A stretch of 63,836 bases of DNA, filler included, from Kipferlia bialata (lineage: Eukaryota): NCBI GenBank assembly GCA_003568945.1. It is 6 parts of 6 records of this genome, joined end to end, with 100 filler letters (N's around TTAATTAATTAA, not from the genome) between each part and the next. Parts side by side here need not be neighbours in the genome. Positions count along the whole stretch, not along the records: positions 22,104 to 30,448 come from BDIP01000789.1; positions 30,549 to 45,228 come from BDIP01000790.1; 4 more parts are not named here. One strand, 5' to 3'. The notes under the pieces were generated by a model, which made no database searches, had not been told where the DNA came from, and saw only the letters and a list, made by a program, of their open reading frames with translations. Below, piece after piece: positions 22,948 to 36,700 of the stretch. The translations under genes were made by a program, and so were the position numbers. Numbering within the stretch: position 1 is the first letter of the stretch; each line of letters starts with the position of its first letter.

Positions 22948-25900
22948 TCACCGGGCCCACTCCTCCAGCTGGTCTGACCGGTGGAAGGTGGGGGACCTGG
23001 GCACAGACATGGCTCTCTGGGCCTGGCCGGGTCTGGACTGCCTGGAGTACTGGAACTCAATGTGGTCCATCCTGGGTGAGGTGACAGCCCCCAGCCTCTT
23101 GCACCTGGTGGCCTCGGGCTGGATGCCTGTCCCGTTGGCTATCATGCTGGGGGACTGGTGCCCACCCTTCACCACCCGCCGGTGCACAGGCCTCTCCACA
23201 AAGATACGGTCGTGGCTGGAGGAAGAGGCAAGGCGGTTCCTGGGGGAGGATGCAGCACGCACAGGGCGCTCTGCAGGGGCCCCACCCTCAGGGGACTCCC
23301 AGCTCAGGGCAGCACCTACAGTAAGAAAGACGTATGAACAACATACCTACTACACTATTATTCACGTACCGAGTCCTGCGCTGGTGTTGCTGCTGGTGTG
23401 CCTGGAGACGGGTCTGGGTGCCTCCTCTCTCTCCCTCTCCCTGCTGGGCTTGGGGGCAGAGGCCCGGCCTATGCGGGACCTCTCTGCCCCCTTGGCGCCC
23501 CTCCTGCTATCCACGGCTGTGCCCTGCATCACATCCTGCACTAGGGCAGGCACGTCCACGGTTGATATGATGCCCTGCTTCCTGGGGTCCAGGGCCTTGA
23601 GCATGTGGGACACAGTGGTGGGGGGGAGGTCAATGTGGGCACGCTTCAGGGCACTGGGGGTGAGTATATATAGTGTATGAAATATGGGGAGATACACACA
23701 CACACACGTACCGCCTGACATCGTTGTGGGACAGGGTGGCCCTCCCACCCTCTACAGCCAGGGCATCACGAAGAGCAGCGGTGGTGGAGTTACGCCCATG
23801 GCGCCTGGAGGTGAGATAGAGGACAATAATATACTAGTAGGCAGTATGAGATCCCCCACCTGTTGACTGCGTTGACTGCTCTCTGCATACAGAGCTGGTC
23901 ATCCCTGGACAGAGAGGCAGCGGCAGACACCCTGGCCGAGGCCTGGGCGTCCCTCCTGGCCCTTGCTGTGGCCACCGACACCTTCTCTCTCTTGTTGTCC
24001 CTGCCGATGGCGCCACTGTGGGAGCTGGAGAGGGGCTCGTCAGCAGCAGTGACCAGGTCCATCTCGGACCCGGCCTTAGCAATGGGGCATGAGCCGTCAA
24101 AGTGACAGGAAGAGGCGGGGACAACGCCATTCCTAGAGCGGGGGTGGTTGCTGTCACTACGGAAGGGCTCTGACTGGTATGTACGAGAGACAGGCCTTGA
24201 GACAGGCTCGGAGACAGGCACTGCGGGAACAGTCTCTCTCTCGGCCTCCTCAAGGTGCTGCTTGCCCTGCAAAGTGAGTACAGGGGGTGGTATAGAGAGG
24301 GAGGAGAGAGAGAGAGGGGGGACAGTGGGACACCGCACCTCAGAGTACACGATGGGGGAGGGGCAGTGGGAGATGGGGACAGACAGGCACTGGCGGGCAC
24401 GTCTGCGCCTAGACTTGGCCTGGAGTAAGAGGGACTACTCTACACCTCAACCAATATACAAATGAGAGAGAGCATTGCAATAGTATACAGTGACTGACCT
24501 GGGGTGTCTGGGGGGCAGGGAGGACAGATAGGGGAGAGGCAGGGGCGGGGTGGGAGGGCAGGCTACCAGCCCTGTCCCTCACCAGCTGCTCCACAGCCTC
24601 CACCGACACCAGGCCCTCCACCTTGCCTGGGCACTCTCTGGCTATCGCCTCCATGTCTCCCTTGGACGCAGAGATGCCGTTGTCGTTCAGAGTGCGGAGG
24701 AGCTCGTAGGAGGTGATCTGGCCGTCTCCGTCGATGTCCACCTTGCGCATCTGGCGCAGCAGGGTGTGGCCCATACCAAGGGCACCCTCCTTGGAGTGCG
24801 TGACGCTGTTCTGCAGCAGCACATCGGCAGCTGCCTCCCTCTGTGCCCTAGGGGTATCGGGGGCAGACCCCTGGGGGGCCTCGCCCTTGTCCGTCAGGGA
24901 GAACGTGACCTGGGGCACGTGGTCCCTGCCCTGCTTGAGGGTGTGTCTGGTCAGGCCAGAGTAGATGTCCTTGGCTGAGTCGGGCTTCACAAACTCCTCG
25001 AAGGCCTCTAGTGTGACCCCTCCCTCGCTACCCTGCAGCAGGTGGGCGTGCAGGATAGACTGGTCGTGGTCACTCAGCTGCACACCGACGCTGGCCAGGC
25101 CGTGGCCCAGCTCCCCGAGGGAGAGGGTCCCGTCGTTGTTGTGGTCAAACTTGGCGAAGAGGTCGGCAGCAGAGGAGTGGGAGAAGGACATTCTGTTGAG
25201 GACGCCGTCCTTGATGGTCTCCAGACTGTCTGTAGGGTCCTGGTTCTCAATGGACTGACTGGCCCTCAGCCTCAGCCGCGACTCCTGCTTGTCCTCACTG
25301 GTCACCTGGGGGTTCACCCAGCTCTGCAGCTCAGGCAGAGACACCTTGCCGTCCCCGTTCCTATCAAGGGAGGTGATGACCAGGTCGAGGTCCTCCTGCC
25401 CCAGGGCCAGACCCACGTGGGACAGGGCCTTTCTGAACTGGATGTAGTCCATGCTGCCCTCCCGGGTGTGGTCGAACTTGAGGAACACCTGCGAGATGCG
25501 GCCCCCATACTTGGAGTCGATCTTCATGGCCAGACGCTCTCTGATGTCGTTGAGGTGCTTCTCCATGGGAGTGGGCAGGGGGACAGGTGTCTCGGAGGGG
25601 GCAGTGACGGGGTTGTCGGCAGACACAGCCACCTCGTAGTTCTTGATGCCCCTTCTGTCCTGCAGCTCGGTGGCCAGCTCCTACAGTGAGTATGGGCATA
25701 ATGCACCTATTCAACGTACAACTACATTCACGCATCCTTACCTTCCCGGTCTTGATGGGGGCCCTGGCCAGAGCCTCGAACTCAGAGAACTGGACGGTGC
25801 CCGTTCTGTTCTTGTCCACAGCTGCCAGGAGGAGGGCCAGCTCGTGCTCGCCAAGGTCAACACCGATGGAACGGAGGCCATCGCGGAACTCAGCTAGGGG

Positions 25901-28900
25901 TAAGACAGAGTAGGTAGAGATAGCAAGTATATATAAGAGGTCATTCTATGGATAACATAGAATCTACCCACCTGGCATGAGGATACCGTCTCCATCGTGG
26001 TCAAACACGTTGAACACTGTCTGCAGCTCTCCATCGGGGCGGCATGTGATCATCCTGTCGTGGATGCTGTCGACCAGGTTCTGCAGCTGCTGCCGCTGGT
26101 GTCTCTGCATGGTCTGGGCGTCCATGGAGGACTGGAGGGCAGACACCTGGGGTGGGGGGTGGGGGGGGATACATACAAGGTAAACACAGTATTAGTAGTA
26201 GCCATACCTCCTGCATGACGCGGGAGGGCACAGGAATGTAGGGGGCGGGCTTGGGGGTCAGCATTGCGACAACCTCTGCCTCGGACGTCCTGTCCTGGCC
26301 TGCATCCAGGGACAGGCACTGGGAGAGAGAGGTCAGCTCCAGGGGGGTGGTCTCCAGGTCGGCGTACTTGAGTAGCCTGTGGAGGGAGGCAACGGACAAT
26401 CCGCCCTAATGGTCAGAGACATGGGATATATATATATATATATCTAGCAGTGATTGACTGAGGCAGACAGAATGCACCCATGCTCACCTCCTCGTCCTTC
26501 TCTGCAAACTGGGCAACCAGGCTGGACAGATCTGACACATCAACACGGTCAAGGATCCTGGGGTGAGGGAGTGGGGTGGTACATCAAGATGTACGGTGCA
26601 GAGTGTATGCCACGTACTTCCCCCTGAGGCCTCTGAGCACCCTAGTCTGCTGGTCCTCGGTCACACCCTTCTGCAGGGCAGGTGGGGGGGAGGGGGGGAG
26701 GGGGATCTCCTCGGGGTTCTCCACCTCAATCTCAGTCTCCTGGGGTGAGAGGATGTTACGGGCAGGGAGTCAGAAGAAGGAAATCTGAAGGAACCAGCAC
26801 CAGTGCCACACACCTGCTGAGCTCCGGCATACACACCACGGCCCTTGCCGGCCTGCTTCTGCATGTCCTGCTGGTCTCTGGGAGTAAGAGGGAGAGAGAC
26901 AGTCAGAGGGTCAGAGAGAGCAGTATCCTTCCTCACCTGTCGTCCTTGAACCTGAACACCTTGTGGAAGTCAATGAAGTCGATGGTGGGACCCCCCTCGG
27001 CCACAAGGGTGAACATCTCATTCAGCTCCTCCTGGTTCAGAGAGTCTCCCAGCTCCTAGGGTCAGACGGAGGCAAGAGATAATACACAGTGAACACACAC
27101 TGCAATTACGAGTCCCCACCTTGTGCACGGCCGATGTGAACTCCTCCCTGGTCAGCTGTCCGTCCCCGTTCTCGTCTGTCCTGCTGAACACCTGGTGCAG
27201 CCTGTCCGGGTTGTGCCCCACGGCCTGCTTGAGGCTCTGCTGCAGAGAGGCCAGACGCTGCATGGTGCCGGAGACCTCTCCCACACGGGGAGTGCCACTC
27301 ACACTGCTCTCACGCTCAGTGTCGACATTCAGCAGAGGGTGCTTGCGCAGAGGCTTGCTGGGGTTAGACTGTGGTGTAGCTGAATGGGGGGGGGGGGGTA
27401 GTGCGACGCACCTGTGAGCCACAGTCTCCAGGGCATCGTGCATAGCAGCGAACACAGTGTTGACAGCGACGCGTCCGTCTGGTGGTTAGCATGGAAAACT
27501 ACAGTGTCAAAACCAGCAAAATAGGCACATATGGAATGGCACATACCCTCCACCGGGCATGTCTCCTGGATGGCTGTCTCGAGCTGTTCCTTGGGCATAG
27601 TAGACACGGCGGAGAGGGCCTGGGGTGGGTATAAAGGGTGGGGGGGGGGGGAGAGAGAGAGAATGGACAGCGTACCTGGGCCACCTCTGCCACGCGCACT
27701 GTCTGCCCCCTGGCCTGCAGGTCTGTGCAGATGTCACTCATGCCAGGCAGGGCAGAGAGGGCACCCCCGACCTCCAGGGCGGCACGGCAGAGGTCTGCGT
27801 CGCTCTCCTTGCCCTTGTCCTCGGCCCCGTCCTTAGCATACGTCTCTCTGCGCACCTCCAGCACCCTTCTGGCGGCATCCACGCCCAATGCCTTCATGGC
27901 GGCACTCTGACCTGGGGATGAGGCGGGTACCAAGGTAGAGGATAGAAGAAGACAGTGCAGGATAGCATACGACGCCCCTACCTGGGTTCTTTGCTGCCAT
28001 CTGCGAGGAGATGGGTCTGTTACTGCGCTGGGCAAGGGTAGCAGAGGACTTCACGTGCTTAAGGCTGGCGACAGGCTCAGGCTCAGCATGTGCCACCTTG
28101 ATACCTGCCTTGAGCACACGCAGGCATGCATCCACCTGGCTATCCCTGGGGGTGAGACAACGGAGCCATGGTCAATAGGGACAGTGGATACACCAACCTG
28201 TCCTTCCCTGGCCTCTGTGCACTGTAGGCTGTCCTCAGAGCCCACCGGTCAGACTCAGTCAGAGGGGCTCCTGGTGGTAAGACAGAGACAGAGTACATAC
28301 ATATGCATCCATATACAACACACCGTACCTGTGGCTGCTGTGAGGGCCCCTGCTATGTCGCCCATGTCGACATCCTCCTGGGACAGGGCCTGTCTCAGCT
28401 GGGCCATGTCGCCATAGACGTGGGTGTCGACGAGGGTGGAGGCATGGCCAAAGGCAGACAGGAAGGCAGAGCGGGAGGGGGCAGGGGTGGCCCTGCTCAC
28501 ACCTGTCACAATGTCTGTCTTCTCCCTGCTCTCCCTGGCCTCTATGACCCGTCTCCTGGGTGTCTCAGTGGGTATAGGGGTGACCACAATGGCCCCCTCC
28601 CCCTCCCTTGTCTGCACCGTGCTAACCACAGACCCACTGCTCCTCTCCAGCACAGTCACTCTGCCGGTCTCGCCCTCAATGGCGGCACTGCCGTCACAGA
28701 CAGGGAGGGTGGTGACCCTGGCCTGGGAGGAGTACATGTCCGCATCGTACTCCTCGTACATGTCGTCCCCTGCGCTGTACCCTGTGCTCCCAGCTGAGTC
28801 TGGGCGAGGGGGGGAGGCCTCACCTGCCTCGTCCAGGGTGGGGGAGACAGGGGGGGAGGCCTTGGGGCCCACAGAGGCTGCGTGCACACGGTTGCTCTCT

Positions 28901-29991
28901 CTCTCTCTCTCCCTCTCCCGCTTGGTGGGTGACGCCACACTGATGCCTAGGGGTGAGAGGAGTGGCATGATGATAGCATAGATAGAGAGTCCCATACCTA
29001 GGTCATCCAGCACAGACTGGTAGTCCACAGACTCAGTCTCTGTCCTCGACTTGGCAGAGGGGGACACCACCGCCCTCTTGGCCACAATGTCTGCTATGGC
29101 CTTGGGGGACAGACCCACGTTCAACTCGGCAAGGCCAAGGGCTAGAGGGTTAGAAACAGAACAGTGACACAGATGACAAGAGGATCCCTGCAGTAGTAAC
29201 GATGCGGAACTAAATATAACACCCAGGGTTATATAACGGCGTACCCAGCTGATACGGGGTCACGGTCCCGTCCCCTGATGTGTCGTACTTCCTGGGGTTA
29301 CATCCTGACTCTGACCCAAGCACCATATGCACCCACCTGTACAACATACATAAACACATAGATATACCTGAATGTACCAGCAGCAGAGGGTGTCTTGCCA
29401 ACCCGTCCTGTCCCAACACTGGGGGAGGCCTGTCTCTCTCTCATGCCTGTCAGGAATCTGTTGTAGTCCACCCTGCTGTCAGTACCATCAAGGGCCGCAG
29501 AAGTGAGTATCCACATCACATATGTTCATTATACATTAGAGAATGACCTGCTCTTGGAAATAGTACTTTAGGAAGACAATGAGTGCGTACAAGACCTCTT
29601 GTCAGAACTAAATCAAATCATTCACTCTCCGAGAATGAGTCCCTACCTGTCATTTGCTGCACAAGACTGAACCATACGCTTGAAACTGCGGTCTGTGGGA
29701 GAGAATCCAAGCGCAGACATGCCGAGATCGAACTCCTGATGGAGTTAGACGCAGATAATAATGAGTAGCATAAGCAGCACACATGTGGTTCCTATTACCT
29801 CACGAGACACAGTCCCCTTTCCATCCGAGTCAAACTGGCTAAAGATAGATGTAATAGCAGGGGCCTGCTGCATAATAGCACGCTGCAGGCGTGCCCTCTT
29901 CTGCTGGGCCTCCTTTGGCTTTCCACCAGACACTGGCTGGGGTTAGAAACACTCTAACTGCCATAATATCTTTACATACCGTGTTGGCCAT
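22948..29991 (-). CDS. Large multi-EF-hand calcium-binding protein (EFCAB6-like architecture)
   Basis: ATG at 29991 (MANT|), many exons; EF loops DSDGKGTVS, DTSGDGTVT, DENGDGQLTREEF, DHDGDGIL, DKNRTGTVQFSEF, DHTREGSMDYIQF, DRNGDGKVSLPEL, DHNNDGTLSLGEL, DIDGDGQITSYEL, DPRKQGIIS; stop at 22948. Confidence 0.85.
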
Positions 29992-30396
29992 CGTCAGAAG
30001 TCAGTCTCAGAGCCTGAAGGTGCTCGGTGAGCCTACGTTCTTCGGTTGAGCAGGCTCAATGCCACTCTGCGCTGTTGTCCGGCAGAATAGTCGGAAAATC
30101 CGATGGATGTCCGACTTGTCAGGCTCTGGACAGTCCCATCCTATTGTCAGACTCTCTGAGTGGGTGTCAAGAGGACTTCAGTAAGAAATGCCAAGAAAGC
30201 ATCACATAGAAAGCAATGTCCCATCTCCTGGAGAGGAAGAGTTTTGTGAAGTCATTGCATCCGGTTCCCGTGGAGTGAAGATTGAAAGGTAGGACACAAT
30301 CATTGTATTCTGCTATTCTATTGTATCTTTTGTTAGTAATGGGTATTTAACGTAACTGTTGTATAAGTGACCACTTATTACACATGGGAATGACTG

Positions 30397-30448
<52 letters not shown>

Positions 30449-30763
30449 NNNNNNNNNNNNNNNNNNNNNNNNNNNNNNNNNNNNNNNNNNNNTTAATTAA
30501 TTAANNNNNNNNNNNNNNNNNNNNNNNNNNNNNNNNNNNNNNNNNNNNTAGTGAGTGTGTAGAGCAATCAACACTTGTATGTGCCGCAAAATGCCTGATT
30601 TGTCCAGTGGGAGAGGTGGATGGTCAATAGTCTTATTGGATCTGGTCTTGTGTATAGACTCTATAATAGAGAGCTACCACTACTTGAGTGCCACTAAGAA
30701 TTGAGTAACTGTTACTGTCATCACCTATATCTATTGACGGACACCTTGATTCATTGTCGCACA

Positions 30764-33700
30764 CTAGTTGAAGAAGAACTCCATCTCACCCTCCTCCTCA
30801 CGTACATTAAGGCACTTGATTGCAGTCTCGAGCTGGCTTGAGAGCATTCCACGAATGCTGTTGTCCTGGCGGAAGAACAACACACGCAGAGCCTCCAACA
30901 CCCTCTTGCGGTCCGTCAAAATCTCTTTAGAAGTCTTCTTGGCCCCCACCCTCTCACCAGTCTTGAAGGCCTCTTCCTCGGGGGTCACAGGTTCCACCAT
31001 ATGGCGGAGAAAGCGTGCATGGGTAGTGTCATGAGCCTCTCCGTCCTCATCCACTGGAGCAGAAGAATACACCACCTTCTTGAGTGTCTCCAGGTGGGAC
31101 ATGGCCTTGGCCTTGTTGCCAATCCTGCTCCAAGGCCGCAGAAAGAGAGGAGCGTCCATAGCTGGGTTCTGGAGATTATATCTCTCAGATGCATCAGGTA
31201 CAAGCACCCACTTCCTCCCGTCCTTGGACCGCTTCATCTTGAGGTAGTGCTTTGTCTGACGCTGAAATGAGAGGTGAACATATAGGAAATACAGGAATGT
31301 ATACATGACTACATATACATGAGCAACATACCATCTCCTCCAAGTGAATGGGTATCTCCGACTGCATGTGGCCCTTAAGAGAGAGAGCATCCTCGGTGCT
31401 CAGAGGTGCGACATCGCCTCCATCCTCAGCATCCTCTCCGCCAACAGTCCCTCCTCCTCTCACGGCAGTGTCACCCAGCTCCTTTCTCTCTCTCTCTCTC
31501 CCCTCTTCCACGGCTACCCCTCCCACATCAGAGTCTGGACTCTGGTCCAGCTCTGTAACCTCACTCTCTGAAGACTCTCCATCAAGGGCACTGGCACTCT
31601 GTAGACCCACCCCGTCACCATTGGTCAGGTCGGATGTCTCTTGCTGGATGCTTGGTGATAGGTTGAAAGGGTCCACCTCCTCTTCTGACTGGGGCTGGGG
31701 GTACTGCCCGTCATTGGCATCCCTGGCCTGGAGGTGAGAAAGTTGTTGGGCAAATGATAGTAGGCAGATGCATCAACTACAACACAGACAGTTGCACAAA
31801 GACGTACCGCAATGGCAGCGCTCTCGAAAAGGCGACGGCCTTTGGCCATCGTGGGTGTCTGAGGGGTAGAGGATGGAAAGAAGAGACACACATTACATCA
31901 AGGTGCTATAGAAAATGGTAATGTATGACAACGACACACACCTCCCTCAAGTAGGCCCCGGACTGGTGGTATGTGGCTCTGTCCTGGGGTTACTGTCTCA
32001 ATACAAAGCAGTCCCGTATACACACTGCTGACTAACAACAGTGGCGACAGAAGGGAGTGAGTGGATAGTCATCATAACACTGTATGTAACACTGGGCCAG
32101 ACTACAGGCACCATAGACACATACCTGTCCCTGCCCACCCATGGCTCCCATGGGTAACGGGGTGCCGAGTGGCCTCTCCCCCTCCACTGTCTCCTGCGGG
32201 AATGAGACCTCTCCAGCAGAGGACCCATGGGAAGGAGACTGGGGGTCAGAGACGTAGTGACAGGATGTAGTTATGATATGTGTCACGATATCTTATGTAC
32301 ATGTAATATATATATATATATATATAGCCTCCTGGTGTGAGGGACCATACCTGGAACATGATGGGGCTCTGTCTGGATATGTCCAGAGGCATAGAGGGCT
32401 GAGCCCTGCTTAGCCTGGTGGTAAGGAACGGAGACGGGAGAGAATTAGGATCCATATCATATTTTCAATATGAAATGTTGCTGTCAATTGGACACGATAA
32501 AGGTCCCTGACACACAGACAATAATGACATAGTATGGATATATGAGCATATATACGCAATGTAAGGCTTGGCTGTATAAGAATTCATATGCCAACGAGTG
32601 TAATATACAAGAGAATATGAACCAAGATACCTGGCGGCCTCAGTGGGGTTACAACGGTGCAGTGCATCCAGCAGCACGGAGACACGGTCGTTCAACAGAG
32701 CGATAGTACTATCCCGCTTTCTCATTGTCAGACGCCAGAATAGTATGAAAGATACACAGTAGAATAAGGGACGATGGTATTCATGATATAGCACTCCATA
32801 CACTGGAGTCAGGCAGAGGTTACAATCGTGCAACACACATAACATTTAGTTGAGGTGGGTATGTCAATCAGCTCATATAACAATCGTAAACGTGCCGTAT
32901 TGCTAATCCCTCGATAGTCAACATACATACATATACACATACACATACCTGATGGTGTCGGCATTGGTCTCATCTTTGGTTAACAGATTGTGATTCTGCT
33001 GCCTTAGAGAGGCTAGAAGTCAGTCAAAGACCAATAGAGGATATACAAATATGGTAGGGGTTGCTGTACATACCAGTGTCTCTTCTGAGCTCTGCCTCCC
33101 TTGCGGCCCACTGCTGCATGGCCTGGGTGAGACGGTCAGAGATACAAAGAAGTGACAGATTACACTCTTCTACCGACAAAAGACGAAGTTGAAGACTCCT
33201 TCTGCTTGTTACCTGCTCCCTCTCGGCCTCGACAACAGCAATACACTGGACCTAGGGTCAGGAGGGGGATGGGTCTCTAAGGCTAGTGACAACTAGAAAT
33301 ACACCATAGTTCATGTTCCCTGTATACACATACGACTGGCGATATACCGTACAGCACCATAGGGTATATAGTATGCTCATGTATATACATATTGAATGCT
33401 ATACACAATGATGTACACAAGAGGGCTAAGCAAAATACGTGAACATCCCTATAAACTGATACTACCATACCTTAGCATGCTCTACGTCCCCCTCCAAAGA
33501 CGATATTCGCTGGGCCACGGTAGGTAAGACACTAGTCGTTATGGGGTGTGTTCAGAGAAGATGCATATAGTAAGACTGCCCATTACTATACAATATGATA
33601 CATTCCACAACACTACACAGGACAGGTGATATGGAACATATACACCTACATACCTTGTCCTCATCCAGTCCTCAAAGTCAGTGGCACCTGTCACCTGGGA

Positions 33701-36700
33701 GTGGGGGAATGGAATGGAATGAGACACATCAGACAGAGGCCTCAAAACAACCAACCAGATATCCAAACACCAACACCTAGGACACCCACCTGCATAGGCA
33801 CACCCTCCCCCACACCAAAGGACCTCCCAAAGAGAAGTTGGAGCTGTGCTCTTGCCTGAGCCACACATGCAAGGCCCTCTCTCATGGCTGCCGTGTGCTT
33901 GAGGTAGTCCTGCTGGAGCAGGGCTACCTGACGTCAGTCAAATGCAAAGTGATGAGTTCATGTTTACCAAACACACTGCAGATACCTCGTCGTTGGGTCT
34001 GAGCTGGCCCCCAAACACACCTGCATTGGCGTGGGCACCAGGTAAAGGAAGCATCTGGATGTTAGAGGGGGAAGCGTATGCACCTTGTTAGTGCAGCGCA
34101 GAGTTGTGGGTACGTGTAGACATACTGCTCCCATCCTCCTATATATACACACTGCACTTTACCCACCTGATGCAGAGGCTGGAACTGTGGGCCGGTTGAC
34201 GGGGGCTGGTACACTTCACTCATTAGAGCAGCATCCACAATACCTGGGGTTACACAATTGACACATAACCGAGCGGAGTCATATATCAAACTGAGGGTAT
34301 TTGGAGGGACACTGCACACCTATTTCCTCCTCCTCCTCATCAGTAGCCTCTGACTCTGACGCCTCTGGTGCTGACCTGATACTGACGTCGTGGTCTCTAG
34401 CGGTGTCCCTCTCAGTAGCATGCCTCTGCCCCTGAGATTAGTCAAGGATCTGCACTAATACCCATGTCCAACACAATTCATCTAGAGAGAGAGACCGACA
34501 ATTACCAGATATGTGTGACTGGGGGTAGTTCAAGCCATCACTACATCCAAATATTCCCACCATCCGCATAACATACCTCCCTTCCACTGCGTCTGCCTGG
34601 TCTGGGGGTCCCGGCTGATGGTACAGCGTCAACCTCAACCTTGGGTCACAACACATCACGTCTAAGAATTGTAATAGTACACAGTGGGTGGGCAGAGATA
34701 GGTACAGGACAAACACTATATATGTATCCAAGTGGATTGTATACACCAACATACATTGTATCACACATGAAGTATGGACATACCTCCATATCTCCTGCTC
34801 TGGTGTATGTCTCCTCGGAGTGTGGACGATCATCAGGTGGGATGTCAGGAGCCTAGGTGAGAAGAGGTGATATAGGTATACTGTATATCACCATAAACAT
34901 ACCACTTCACATGATTCATGTGTAAGGCAAAATGGAGTTGGGACTTGTAGTAGTTAGTTAGATCTAGCCAGCGTTATATCATGATATATATGTGAAGTAC
35001 ACCCATATGCATACCTTGGGCTGTGTCTCCTCTCTCTCTCTTGCAAAGGGAGGGTGACTGGGGCACTCCTGTCCCGATGGCATGTCGTCTCTGCCAGCAC
35101 CCCCAACACCCGGTGACCGGGGCAGGGCAACAGACGTGCCGGGCAGAGTGACTGAGGGGGCCTGAGGTGAGTGGTCAGGTGACACCCAAAGACAGAGTAT
35201 AGAGAACATGGTACAACCACAACTGTGACTTGGAGGATACACACGAAAAACACAGAGCAAAGGTAAGACGATTCACATGGCATGTATCGTAGCTCAAGTA
35301 CTCTCACTCACCACTGGTGGTGGCTGGACCACTGGGGCAGACTCCTCTGCTGTAGTAACCACGCCATCAGCAATGCAGACTGGGATGAGGCATCAGCAGT
35401 ATCGCAGAGCATCAGACAAGCAAGACAATGACTGTACAGGGTATTGATAAACAATTATTTAGAATGACATACCTGAGCTCTGGTGCTGAGGGTTGATCTG
35501 TCCCTTGGAAGAGGATGGCACATACATAATGTCGGCTGAAGGTTAGTGAGAGGTGGGCACATCCATAAACCGAGTATATATGACTCAGCTGACAAGGTGA
35601 AAGTCAGCGTAGTGCTTAGGATACACAACCACACTTGTAAGTACCTACATAGAAATACGTAGATATAGTACCACCCAGGAATACCTGAGACACCTGTTGC
35701 CGAGGCTGTGTCAGGGTATGGGTATGGGGCTAGGACAGTCTGTGTGAGTGGGATGGATAACAGAAATACCCACATTGTTATGAGGGTACACAGCTCATGA
35801 CAGGTATCAACATACCTCCCTCTCCCTCTTGTCACGCTGGAGCTTCGAAGCCTGAGTGTCAGCATAGATATCAAGGAAGAGTCACATGGAAAGAGGTAGA
35901 GAGTCAAAGCAAAAGATAAATGGAAGAGAAGAGCCCGTAACTAAAGTGCCATACCTGTCTCTCTCTCTCCCTATCCTGGGGCTCTATTGCCTGAGTGTCA
36001 GCATACATATCAAGGAAGAGACAGAAAGAGGTAGGGAGTCAAAGCGAGGAATATATCAAAGAGGGGAGCCAATAATCAGTGGCGTACCTCTCTCTCCCTC
36101 TCCTGGGGCTCTGCAGCCTGAGTATCAGCATAGGTGTCAAGAGAGAGACCCATAGTGATAGACAGAGAGTCAAAGGGCAGAGGAGCATACCCACACCATC
36201 TCACTCCATTTCATACCTGGGCCTGCTGCACAGTTGGTGCCAGGAAGCCTATTCGTGAGTCAGTGTGGGGGAGGATTAGCAGGGCACCGTCACAGATACT
36301 ATAACCCGCTGAATGCCCTGTAGAGCGTATATATTGAGTGGCACCTGTCATTGTGACATGTTTAATAAGCATATGAATGTATTAGTTGTACCTGGCAACA
36401 TGGGGGATGTGTCTCCCCGTACAGATGCTCTGTGTGACGGTGATGGGGCCAACACACGGACACTATCAAATGGGTTCAGGGCGGCATCTGGAGTTGGATG
36501 TGACTGAGACGTATACCATGCGTGAATCAGGCCATAGACTACAACACGTTCCATAACACTCAGTATGTATCATGGTTCCTCTTCTTACCTCGGGCTGCAG
36601 CCTGTGTCGTGGGTGAGGCCTGGGCTGAGTGACACATCTAGGAAACATCAATATGGCAAGATGAGATATAAGAAATCACTACACAGGAGAGAGAATCATA

